DNA of 63,057 nucleotides, counting the filler, from an uncultured bacterium (GTDB lineage: Bacteria > CAYJOG01): assembly GCA_964371695.1 (NCBI GenBank). It is 26 parts of 26 records of this genome, joined end to end, with 100 filler letters (N's around TTAATTAATTAA, not from the genome) between each part and the next. Parts side by side here need not be neighbours in the genome. Positions count along the whole stretch, not along the records: positions 1 to 2,438 come from CAYJOG010000511.1; positions 2,539 to 4,973 come from CAYJOG010000512.1; positions 5,074 to 7,502 come from CAYJOG010000513.1; positions 7,603 to 10,011 come from CAYJOG010000515.1; 22 more parts are not named here. One strand, 5' to 3'. Every line of letters begins with the position of its first letter. Position 1 is the stretch's first letter. This document shows positions 1 to 8,219 of the stretch, one piece after another. Both the position numbers and the translations under genes were made by a program. The notes beneath the pieces are model-generated. The model made no database searches and had not been told where the DNA came from. It was given only the letters and a program-made list of their open reading frames with translations.

Positions 1-581
1 GCCATCACCCGGTCAATGGCGGCCAAAAGCCGCTGGTGATAATCGTCATACACCACCAAGTCCCGCAAAAAACGGGTGCGGTCGTTGTCGTGTTCCAGCA
101 CGTGCAGCACCTTCTGGCGCAGTTCGGCCATTTTGCCGGGATAACAGTCCACCAGGGCCAGGTCATACATGAAGTTGTCGCCGGGGTGAAAGGCCCCCAC
201 CAGATGTTTGATCTTGCGGTCCACGGTGATGCCCAGGCCCGTGGTGTCGTACTGGCCGTTCACCGCGCCCTCGGCCACCAGAAAAGGAAACCGCATCACC
301 CGCTCTGTCCACAGCCGCGCCCGCCAAGTGTCCCGCACGTCGTCAGAGGCGTGGGTGCCCACGGTGTTGTAACGAAAAATAATCCGGTGCCACATATAGA
401 GCACGTAATGGCTCACCTGCCAGGCCCCCGGCACGGCGGGGATGTGCCCCCGCTGGTGCAGCAGTTGCAGGTGTTTCATCACCAGGGGCGGGTTATAGAG
501 CAGCAGCCAGCACAGGGGGTGGATGTCGCCGGGGGAAGACTCGCTGGGGAGGTCTGTGACGGGGGCTGATTTAGAGGGCAT
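1..581 (-). CDS. hypothetical protein, 3'-truncated (not in ORF track)
   Basis: Open frame from ATG at 581 (MPSKSAPVTDLPSES...LLYNPPLVMKHL...WHRIIFR...DDYHQRLLAAIDRVM) to the window edge; GC3-rich codons; follows the stop of the upstream gene. Confidence 0.7.
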   Translation of the reverse strand, partial: MPSKSAPVTDLPSESSPGDIHPLCWLLLYNPPLVMKHLQLLHQRGHIPAVPGAWQVSHYVLYMWHRIIFRYNTVGTHASDDVRDTWRARLWTERVMRFPFLVAEGAVNGQYDTTGLGITVDRKIKHLVGAFHPGDNFMYDLALVDCYPGKMAELRQKVLHVLEHDNDRTRFLRDLVVYDDYHQRLLAAIDRVM

Positions 582-590
582 AACGGAAGT

Positions 591-1043
591 TTAACGGTTG
601 CCTTCCTCAATGCTCGTGATAATGGCGAAACGCAGGCTGGGATAGGCTTTTTCGCGCCAGTCCGGGTCAAACAGCACCGTGTCGCGGGGGGCAAACAACG
701 GCTCCTTGGGGGTGAACTCGCCCAGGCCCTCAATGCGCCACAGGGCCTTGACGGGAAACACCCAGTGGCCGGGTGTTTTTTCCTGGGCGTCTCCCGCCAC
801 GTCCAGAAAAATCTGCACCGGCACGCCCTTGATTTTTTTCACCAGCCAGGCTTCCTGATCACTGGAAGCAGGCGAAAGCGTGGGGCCGGGTTTGGAGGCG
901 GGAAAGGGCACGATGTTTGGCGGCGGGGCGTGAGAATCCACCGAGGGGGGCGCTGCGCCGGGGCGCGAGCCGCCGGGTTTGCCATAGGTGGGGCCCCCCA
1001 CGCGGGGGCGGCGGGGTGGGGTGGGTTTGTCGTCGGTGGACAT
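591..1043 (-). CDS. hypothetical protein (Pro/Gly-rich N-terminus, small beta-rich C-domain)
   Basis: 150-aa ORF with typical codon usage; TAAAAT 6 nt before the ATG. Confidence 0.7.
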   Translation of the reverse strand: MSTDDKPTPPRRPRVGGPTYGKPGGSRPGAAPPSVDSHAPPPNIVPFPASKPGPTLSPASSDQEAWLVKKIKGVPVQIFLDVAGDAQEKTPGHWVFPVKALWRIEGLGEFTPKEPLFAPRDTVLFDPDWREKAYPSLRFAIITSIEEGNR

Positions 1044-1087
1044 GGCCTGATTTTATGTCACCAGGCACCGTGGGTTACCATCTATAC

Positions 1088-1957
1088 ATGGCGAAACCCC
1101 TCAAAAAGCTGCCCGAAACCCTGGCTGTGGGTGTGGTGCAACTCAACAGCGGTCAGGACATGTCCCATAACCTTAAAAACGCCGCCCATTGGGTGGCCGA
1201 ATGCGCCCGCCGGGGGGCCCAGGTGGTGGTGTTGCCCGAAATTTTTGCATGGCGGGGCAACATGGCCCAGGAACTGGCCATTGTGCAGCCTCTGAAAGGC
1301 CGCATCTACAAAGCGCTTCAGGCCATGGCCCGGCAACAGGGTGTGGCATTGGTGGGGGGGTCTTTTCTGGAGAATCCGGCCCATCCCAGGCCGCCCCAGC
1401 GGGCCTTCAACACCATGGTGGCGCTGGATGAAAACGGTGAAGAGCAGGGCCTTTATCGCAAGCTGCACCTCTTTGACATCAACCGCCCCGGCGCAGTCAC
1501 ACTCATGGAAAGCCACACACGGGAGCGGGGAATGGCCCCGGCCATGGCCACGCTGGGGGGCGTGCCCATGGGGCTGGCGATTTGTTACGACCTGCGTTTC
1601 CCGGAGCTTTTCCGCCACTATGCGTTGTTGGGGGCGCTGGGGTTTGCGGTGGGGGCGGCCTTCACCACACCCACGGGCAAGGACCACTGGCACCTGCTGC
1701 TGCGGGCGCGGGCGGTGGAAAACCAGTGTTTCATGGCGGCGGCCAACCAGTTTGGCGCAAAGGGCGGCGGGGCCAACTATGGCCACAGCGCGGTGGTGGA
1801 CGCCTGGGGCAACGTGCTGGCCGACGTGGGCGAGGGCGAAGGCTGCGCCGTGGCGTGGGTGGACCTGAGGGCACAGGCGACGCTGCGGCGGGATTTCCCG
1901 GTGCTGGAACACGTTCATGATCAGTGGCGCGAGGGGTTGCTGGGGCGGCCAATTTAG
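1088..1957 (+). CDS. carbon-nitrogen hydrolase (Nit1/Nit2-like amidase)
   Basis: Catalytic triad motifs LPE, YRKLHLFD, ICYDLRFPE, plus RARAVENQ; start at ATG 1088. Confidence 0.93.
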   Translation: MAKPLKKLPETLAVGVVQLNSGQDMSHNLKNAAHWVAECARRGAQVVVLPEIFAWRGNMAQELAIVQPLKGRIYKALQAMARQQGVALVGGSFLENPAHPRPPQRAFNTMVALDENGEEQGLYRKLHLFDINRPGAVTLMESHTRERGMAPAMATLGGVPMGLAICYDLRFPELFRHYALLGALGFAVGAAFTTPTGKDHWHLLLRARAVENQCFMAAANQFGAKGGGANYGHSAVVDAWGNVLADVGEGEGCAVAWVDLRAQATLRRDFPVLEHVHDQWREGLLGRPI

Positions 1958-1960
1958 CAT

Positions 1961-1999
1961 ACATCAACAGGGTGTTTATCAACACTCTGCTGGAGATGT
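1961..1999. repeat. short palindromic repeat, family CAGGGTGTT-N4-AACACCCTG
   Basis: cagggtgtt-tatc-aacactctg; related copies at 7996-8029 (perfect 15-bp stem), 27345-27372 and 59889-59917. Confidence 0.75.
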
Positions 2000-2220
2000 C
2001 AATCTTCTTCAGGTGTGGCTTTGCTTACCGCCCAAATCAGTGCGACAACCCATCCAATGAGCGTCCAGCCCAAGAATAAGTTCAAAACAAAAATGGCAGT
2101 GACGTTGTGGTGTTTGCGACCAACTAATGTTGGGAAGAAATAAAAAACAAGTGCCACCAGCAGTAATATGCCCCCTTCATTGGAGTTGGGCGCACTGATG
2201 GCGAATTGTAATCCATCCAT
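1999..2220 (-). CDS. superinfection immunity protein family (T4 Imm-like small membrane protein)
   Basis: YFFPTLVG...AIFVLNLFLGWTLIGWVVALIWA signature; lower GC than its neighbours. Confidence 0.85.
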   Translation of the reverse strand: MDGLQFAISAPNSNEGGILLLVALVFYFFPTLVGRKHHNVTAIFVLNLFLGWTLIGWVVALIWAVSKATPEED

Positions 2221-2264
2221 GGCCTGATGGTACTGAGCCGAAAGATGAAAGTAAACCGCTTTAA

Positions 2265-2304
2265 CCCCCTCTCCCCTACTGGGGAGAGGGTTGGGGTGAG
2301 GGGT
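2265..2304. repeat. REP-like palindrome CCCTCTCCCC...GGGGAGAGGG
   Basis: cccctctcccctactggggagagggttggggtgagggg directly downstream of the DUF559 fragment; relatives at 8091-8160, 42663-42690, 43545-43640, 46692-46711 and 60008-60030. Confidence 0.8.
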
Positions 2305-2316
2305 CAAACAAAAAGC

Positions 2317-2438
2317 CTATAAACCTTTTTCTCTTTCTTTCACAACGGCCAGCAACGCCTCCACCACCCCAGGCAGGTTATGGAGCACTTCCAGGTTGGT
2401 GTATCGAAAAACGGTGACACCCTTGGATTGCAAAAAAG
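2317..2438 (-). CDS. DUF559 / Vsr-like endonuclease, C-terminal fragment
   Basis: Manual translation FLQSKGVTVFRYTNLEVLHNLPGVVEALLAVVKEREKGL* matches the DUF559 C-terminal pattern (GxxVxRxxNxEVxxNxxGV). Confidence 0.75.
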
Positions 2439-2538
2439 NNNNNNNNNNNNNNNNNNNNNNNNNNNNNNNNNNNNNNNNNNNNTTAATTAATTAANNNNNN
2501 NNNNNNNNNNNNNNNNNNNNNNNNNNNNNNNNNNNNNN
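2439..2538. other. artificial contig linker (first of 25)
   Basis: 44 N + TTAATTAATTAA (stop in all six frames) + 44 N, repeated between every ~2.3-kb fragment; fragment lengths decrease monotonically. Confidence 0.98.
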
Positions 2539-3432
2539 CTTTTGATGGGGGTGATTCCCGCCCAGGTGGCGGGGGTGACCGACATTGTGGTGGCCACGCC
2601 TCCTGCCAAAAACAACGGGGGGCTTCCCAACGCCGACATTCTGGGGGCGGCCCACCTGCTGGGCATTACCAGCGTGTTTCGTGTGGGGGGCGCACAGGCC
2701 ATCGGGGCCTTGGCCTATGGCACCCAGTCGGTGCCCCGGGTGGACAAAATCGTAGGCCCCGGCAACCGCTGGGTGGCCTGCGCCAAAAAGCTGGTTTATG
2801 GCGACGTGGGCATTGACATGATCGCCGGGCCCACCGAGATTTTCATCCTCGCCGACGCCGGTCTGAAACCCGCCCTGGTGCTCTCGGACTGTCTGGCCCA
2901 GCTTGAGCACGGCCCCGACAGCCGGGCTTTTGTGGTGAGCCCCTTTGCCGAGTCCCTGGACCGGCTGGAAGAAACGATTTCGCATCTTTCGCTGGATTCT
3001 GAAATGTCTGAACGATTGGCACGGAACTTGCATCTTGTCCTCACGCCCAACATGGACGCTGCCGCCGACCTTGCCAACGCCGTTGCCCCCGAACACCTGG
3101 AACTGATGGTGCGTGGCCCCGCCCAGGTGCTCTCGCGCATTCACCACGCGGGGGCGGTGTTTCTGGGGGATTACACGCCAGAGGCCGCCTGTGATTATTT
3201 CGCCGGCGGCAACCACGTGTTGCCCACCGAGGGCACGGCGCGGTTTTGCAGCGTGCTGGGGCCATGGGACTTTTTGCGTTTCATGCCCGTCACCCACCTG
3301 AGCGAAACGGGTCTGAAAAACTGGCTGCCCCACGGCCTGGCTTTTGCCAAAGCCGAGGGTCTGGCCCATCACGGAGAAAGTCTCACGGCGCGGTTTCCGC
3401 CGCCGCCGCCGCCACACCGGGAGGGTGACTGA
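2539..3432 (+). CDS. hisD: histidinol dehydrogenase, 5'-truncated
   Basis: [53 protein letters not shown] motifs. Confidence 0.96.
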   Translation, partial: LLMGVIPAQVAGVTDIVVATPPAKNNGGLPNADILGAAHLLGITSVFRVGGAQAIGALAYGTQSVPRVDKIVGPGNRWVACAKKLVYGDVGIDMIAGPTEIFILADAGLKPALVLSDCLAQLEHGPDSRAFVVSPFAESLDRLEETISHLSLDSEMSERLARNLHLVLTPNMDAAADLANAVAPEHLELMVRGPAQVLSRIHHAGAVFLGDYTPEAACDYFAGGNHVLPTEGTARFCSVLGPWDFLRFMPVTHLSETGLKNWLPHGLAFAKAEGLAHHGESLTARFPPPPPPHREGD

Positions 3433-3434
3433 CC

Positions 3435-4895
3435 ATGGAACTCCGCCAGCATCAACGCACCGTCCAGACCCAGAACCTGCAACAGAGGCAGATCATCAGC
3501 CCCAAGATGATTCTGGCCAACAAGCTGCTGCAACTGACTTCCATGGACCTGCAAACCGAGGTGGTGCGCGAACTGGACGCCAACCCGGCCCTGGAAATGG
3601 AAGAGGGCAACCTGTGCCCCCGCTGTCATTCGCGCATGATGGGCGCGGGTTGCCTGAGTTGTGGTTATGACGAAACCGCCCCGGTGCGCGACACGGTGGA
3701 CCTGATGGAAATGGGACGCCTGCTGGAACTGGCCCGCAGCGGCCAGGAACCCACCCGCCAGCGCGCTGATGATGAAAACAACGACTTCATCTATGACAGC
3801 GCTACGGCGCAAAAACCCACGCTGCACGAAGAAATCCTGCGCACATTCCGCCTGCTCAGTGAAGACGAAGACCAGCAGCGCCTGGGCGAGGAACTGGCGC
3901 TCTATATTGGCGACAAGGGTCTGATGCTGGAGCCACTGGACGCCCTGGCGGGTTACACCCACAGCACGCCGGAGCGCGTGGCCGCTGTGCTGGAGAAGTT
4001 CAAAAGCATTCGGCCCTATGGCATCGGCTCGTTCACCGTCAAAGAGGCGCTGCTGTGCCAGTTGCAATACAAGGCCCCGCCAGAGCCAACCTTCAGCCGC
4101 GTGCGCCTGCTGGTGCGGGATTTTCTGAACGACCTGGGCAAGGAGCCCACCCCCGCCATGCGCGCCGCGCTGGATTGCCAGATGAGCGAGCTGAAATCGG
4201 CCCTGGGTTATCTCAAGCGCGAGTTGTACCCCTATCCGGGTTATCTCTTCACCACCCACGACGACGAAAAAGCCCAGCGCGAAATGGCGGTGCGCCCCAA
4301 TGTGGTGATACGCCGCGACGGAGCCAAGTTTGTGTGTGAGCTGCTGGAAAACCGCTGGAGCCACCTGCGCATCAACCGCGATTACGAAAACCTCTACCGC
4401 AAAATGAAAGACGGCCGCCTGAGCGAACACGAAAAAGAACACGTGCGGCATTATTTTCACCGGGCCAAGCAGTTCATGGAGGCGCTCTCTCAGCGGGAGC
4501 GCACCATCGTGCGCATCACCAAAAAACTCTGCGAAACCCAGCGGGACTTTTTGCTGTTCGGCTACAAGTCGCTCAAGAGCCTGACGCGGGTGGAACTGGC
4601 CAAACAACTGGAGCTGCACGAGGCCACGGTGAGTCGCGCCACGGCGGGCAAATATGTGCAGATTCCCAGCGGCGAAGTGCTGAGCTACGACATTTTCTTT
4701 GACGCCTCGCTGGGGCCCAAGGAATACATCCGCGACCTCATCGCCAACGAAAATGCGAAGAAGCCCCTGAGCGACCAGGAAATCGCCGCCCTGCTGAAAC
4801 AAAAAGGCGTGTTGCTGGCCCGCCGCACCGTGGCCAAATACCGCGAGGAAATGGACATCCTGCCCACCTATCTGCGCAAACAGGGCGAGGCCTAG
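3435..4895 (+). CDS. rpoN: RNA polymerase sigma-54 factor
   Basis: Gln/Leu-rich region I, NPALE, HEATVSRA helix-turn-helix, PLSDQEI and RpoN box ARRTVAKYRE. Confidence 0.95.
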   Translation: MELRQHQRTVQTQNLQQRQIISPKMILANKLLQLTSMDLQTEVVRELDANPALEMEEGNLCPRCHSRMMGAGCLSCGYDETAPVRDTVDLMEMGRLLELARSGQEPTRQRADDENNDFIYDSATAQKPTLHEEILRTFRLLSEDEDQQRLGEELALYIGDKGLMLEPLDALAGYTHSTPERVAAVLEKFKSIRPYGIGSFTVKEALLCQLQYKAPPEPTFSRVRLLVRDFLNDLGKEPTPAMRAALDCQMSELKSALGYLKRELYPYPGYLFTTHDDEKAQREMAVRPNVVIRRDGAKFVCELLENRWSHLRINRDYENLYRKMKDGRLSEHEKEHVRHYFHRAKQFMEALSQRERTIVRITKKLCETQRDFLLFGYKSLKSLTRVELAKQLELHEATVSRATAGKYVQIPSGEVLSYDIFFDASLGPKEYIRDLIANENAKKPLSDQEIAALLKQKGVLLARRTVAKYREEMDILPTYLRKQGEA

Positions 4896-4916
4896 TGGTT
4901 CATTCGACTCAAAATG

Positions 4917-4973
4917 AGGAGTAGGTGCGGTGTCGCTATCGCCTTTGCTCGGCCAGATGCCCCAATGGGCATC
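4917..4973 (+). repeat. fragment of structured repeat family A
   Basis: gctatcgcctttgctcggccagatgcccc is near-identical to 60186-60213; contig ends inside it. Confidence 0.8.
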
Positions 4974-5073
4974 NNNNNNNNNNNNNNNNNNNNNNNNNNN
5001 NNNNNNNNNNNNNNNNNTTAATTAATTAANNNNNNNNNNNNNNNNNNNNNNNNNNNNNNNNNNNNNNNNNNNN

Positions 5074-6015
5074 ACCCAACGCACCACCACCAAACCCGGC
5101 TCCAAAGCCCGCAGCGAGTTATTCCAGAAGCTGGCAACGGAATACAGCGAAGACGACGCCACTCGGGCCAAGGGGGGCGACCTGGGGTTCATTCGCGAGG
5201 CCGACGTGGGCGACCCGGTGATGCTGGAGCAGCTCAAGGGTCTGAAACAGGGGGAAATCAGCGAGGTATTCACCACCGGCGCGGGGTTTCACATCCTTTA
5301 TGTCGAGATGCGCCCGGAGTGGAACACCAAATCAGAGTATTACCGTGAAATCCTCAAAAACACCGAAAGCCTGCTGCGGTTGCAAAAGCAGAAGCGCCGG
5401 TTTCTGGCCAGATTTCAGGAGCGGCTTTCCTCGCTGGTGGAAAACAACGATTTGGTGATTCACGACCCGCTTTTGCACGCTCAGGATGAAGACCGCAAGG
5501 GCAACACCGCCCAGGCCATGGAGATGTATCAGGAGGCCGAACGCCTGGAGCCGAAAAACGGTTACATCAATCTGTCCATCGCCGAGATTTACCTGCGGCA
5601 GAACAAATTCAGCGACGCTTTGGCGCAATATCAAAAGGCCATCGACAAAACCCCCGAAGACCCCTATCTCTTTGTGCGTCGCGCCAAATATTTCCTCACC
5701 GTGGGCAAGGTAGAGGAAGCCGCCGTGGACCTTTCCATTGCGTCAAACTCCGCCCCCATGGATTACCAGTTGCATTCGTTCCTGGAAAAGGTCTACAAAA
5801 ATCTCACCATGTTGCCTGAGGCCGAGCAGGAGCGCCAGCGTTATTTTGCGGCCATCCAGAAACTTTATGGCGGCGTGGAGGTTTACAAAAACAACGAACG
5901 TCTGAAGGATCAGTTGCTCAACACCCTGGGCGAGGACCGGCCCTTTATCCAGGTGTGGGAAGATGAAAAAGCCGGGGGGGGGGCCAACCGTGGCGCGGAC
6001 TTACTGGATGACTGA
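5074..6015 (+). CDS. parvulin (PpiC-type) peptidyl-prolyl isomerase with C-terminal TPR repeats, 5'-truncated
   Basis: FQKLATEYSEDDATRAKGGDLGF and GEISEVFTTGAGFHILYV parvulin motifs, followed by TPR-like helices. Confidence 0.85.
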   Translation, partial: TQRTTTKPGSKARSELFQKLATEYSEDDATRAKGGDLGFIREADVGDPVMLEQLKGLKQGEISEVFTTGAGFHILYVEMRPEWNTKSEYYREILKNTESLLRLQKQKRRFLARFQERLSSLVENNDLVIHDPLLHAQDEDRKGNTAQAMEMYQEAERLEPKNGYINLSIAEIYLRQNKFSDALAQYQKAIDKTPEDPYLFVRRAKYFLTVGKVEEAAVDLSIASNSAPMDYQLHSFLEKVYKNLTMLPEAEQERQRYFAAIQKLYGGVEVYKNNERLKDQLLNTLGEDRPFIQVWEDEKAGGGANRGADLLDD

Positions 6016-6065
6016 CCGGCGGCAGAAGGCGGGCGCCCGCCTGTGCCGTGGCTGGGGAAAAGCGC

Positions 6066-6307
6066 TTGCAGGCCATGGAGGGCCTGCTCCGAAAACCGGA
6101 GGCTTGAAAAGCCAGAGGTTTTCGCGCCCGTGGCCGGGGGTTGCCCGCGGGCCCGGGGGGGGCAAAAAAAAACGAGGGTTTTTTTAGACAAAAATTAAAA
6201 GGCAAAAAGGGTTTACCCGGATNNNNNNNNNNAATTTTTTGTGGGGCGCGGGGGGGGGGGCGGCGGGGGCCCCCCGGGGGGAGCATAAATCCAGGAGGGA
6301 TTTATGC
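6066..6307 (+). repeat. structured repeat family B (multi-hairpin, GGA loops)
   Basis: Hairpins gcaggcc-ATGGAG-ggcctgc, cgaaaacc...ggttttcg and gcataaatcc-AGGAG-ggatttatgc; homologous to 33595-33713 and 34760-34855 (reverse); the middle is corrupted by a 10-N gap. Confidence 0.8.
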
Positions 6308-7091
6308 GACAAAAATTAAAGGCCAAAAGGGTTTCACCCTGATTGAAATGCTCATCGTGGTGGTCATTTTGATGATTCTGATGGGGGTGGCGGGGATGTC
6401 CGCCTCAAATCAGGCGGCAAAACGCTGGCGGGTGAAGCGCGCCATCATGACCCTGCACGACCTGCGGCGGGCCTATCACACCCTGTCGCGCTCCTGCGGC
6501 GTGGCGTCGGTGCACAGCGATCAAACCAACACCACCAACCATTTCAAGGATCTCCTGTGCAACAACAGCAGCAATCCTGGCCTCAAAAAATGGCCCACCG
6601 GCCACCAGTGCCTGTCCAGCCCCCCCAAGGGTTTGCAAGATTTCCTGCGGCAGAGCATTCTGGACACCAGCGGCGGCTGCACCAGCGGCGCAGCCTTTGT
6701 GGCCGACAACGAACTGGACCAGATTTTCAATGTGGATGAAGTGGAGGCCGCCTGTGCGCCGCCGGGTTGCCCCACGGGCATCGGCAGTTGGTGCCCCTTT
6801 GCGGCGGGCCAGGGCTTTACGGTGCAGACCAACCCCACGGCGCCCGGTTCCGGCGGCACCGGGGCCCAGCAGCGGGATCGCCTTGCCCCGCCCCGCGCCG
6901 TTTTTTGTGGCGTGGTGGCGGTGCGGACGGGTTACCGCGTGGCGGTGCTCATGGACAGGTCCGGCACGGCCACGGTGGGGGCCGACGGCTCTGCCCTCAC
7001 CAACCCATGCAACAAGGGGGCTTGGTGCCTGCAGGACATTGACGGTGTCAGCACCATGGGTTGCTGTGCAGATACGGGTTATGCGTATTGA
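6304..7091 (+). CDS. type IV pilin / pseudopilin-like protein with Cys-rich C-domain
   Basis: Class III signal KG|FTLIEMLIVVVILMILMGVA; the SD-preceded ATG at 6304 is one base out of frame (probable missing A in a homopolymer); 12 Cys in the mature domain. Confidence 0.85.
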
Positions 7092-7104
7092 TGGTGTTGT
7101 ATGT

Positions 7105-7433
7105 GGCGTTGTTGCATGAATTGGTCGAAGCCCGAAAAAAACTGATATAAGCCGGGGCTGCAGGCCCCCACCGCGAACCCCCTCTGGGGGTTTGGGGGAT
7201 GGTGGCTTGTGTGGCGAGAACTTTTTTACCCACCCCCAAATGGACAAAAAACATGAAAAAGGGTGTGTTTTTGCTCAACCCCTATCCCCCAAGCCGCTTC
7301 GCGGCTGCCCCCTTTCCCGGTGGGAAAGGGGGGTGGCGGGGGGCGCTCCGCACCCCTGCTTTTTATTCAAACCCCTGATTTTGCGCTCTTTTCACCCTTT
7401 TTCGCGTCCATTTCCGATTCATGCAACAACGCC
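7105..7433. mobile_element. 329-bp MITE with IS903-like (IS5 family) ends
   Basis: Perfect 17-bp TIR GGCGTTGTTGCATGAAT (7105-7121 / 7417-7433); 9-bp direct repeat GTTGTATGT on both sides (7096-7104, 7434-7442); no transposase. Confidence 0.85.
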
Positions 7434-7448
7434 GTTGTATGTTGTTCT

Positions 7449-7502
7449 GATACAAATTTTCAATCGAAACAACATTAACCCTGAGCGATGAGCCGGTTTG
7501 GA
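7449..7502 (-). repeat. terminal part of repeat family A
   Basis: tgatacaaattttcaatcgaaacaacattaaccctgagcgatgagccggtt is the reverse complement of 54589-54639. Confidence 0.9.
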
Positions 7503-7602
7503 NNNNNNNNNNNNNNNNNNNNNNNNNNNNNNNNNNNNNNNNNNNNTTAATTAATTAANNNNNNNNNNNNNNNNNNNNNNNNNNNNNNNNNNNNNNNNNN
7601 NN

Positions 7603-7972
7603 GTGTGGTGGTGCCGTTGCCGTTGTCCACCAGGCTGAACTCGCTGGTGATTTTCACGGCGTTGGCCATGAAGTGGGGGGTGACCTTGATCTTGCAGGTC
7701 CAGGTGTTTCCGTCCCACCACTGCTCCTGCAGCCAGCCCAGCATGTTGGGTTTCAGCAGGTTCTGCAAAGGCCCAGGAATCACGGTTTTGGCAAAAAAAT
7801 CGGCCTTGATGTAGCGTTTTTTGACATCGCCTTCGTCTTTGAGGATTTTCACCTTGTCCACGCGGTCAATGGCGGCGAGCAGGTCGGGGTTACTGTAGGG
7901 GCGATCGAGCGTGTAGTAATAGGCGCGCTCGCGCGAAACAGGCCACAGATAGTCACGGTTTGCGGTGGGCAT
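7603..7972 (-). CDS. DUF2505-like (START/SRPBCC-fold) protein, 3'-truncated
   Basis: AGGAGG SD; pattern P.P.L..LL.P....W.QEQWWD...W...I...P typical of DUF2505. Confidence 0.55.
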
Positions 7973-7995
7973 GAAAACCTCCTGAGAGACAATGA

Positions 7996-8160
7996 TTTTA
8001 GCAGGGTGTTGACCAACACCCTGCTAAAAGGCGGGCGGGGACGCCCGCCCCACTGGATTCCCGCTTTCGCGGGAATGATGGCGTCTTTTTCCCTCTCCCG
8101 TGCCTTGCATGGGAGAGGGTGGTTTCCCCGTGGCAAAGCCACGGGGAAACCGGGTGAGGG
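7996..8160. repeat. cluster of palindromic repeats
   Basis: 15-bp stem 7996-8029, gggcggg-acg-cccgccc, ATTCCC-N8-GGGAAT at 8057-8076, ccctctccc...gggagaggg hairpin. Confidence 0.85.
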
Positions 8161-8219
8161 CAAAGTAATCGGGTTATAAAATCCGGGGCGGACTTTATAA
8201 ACAGGTCCAAAAAAGCGGC

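Noticed and set aside
2439-2538. Regularly spaced TTAATTAATTAA repeat, possibly a CRISPR or structural array
   Set aside because: Always flanked by 44 N on each side; it is an artificial all-frame-stop contig linker
3369-4802. Long antisense ORFs opposite real genes (also 56540-57865, 47168-49006, 20036-21346)
   Set aside because: Shadow frames expected from high GC3 codon bias; no motifs
6140-6345. Duplicated pilin leader and one-base frameshift, suggesting phase variation or cassette switching
   Set aside because: The two versions flank a 10-N gap amid poly-G/poly-A noise, typical of overlapping low-quality scaffold ends
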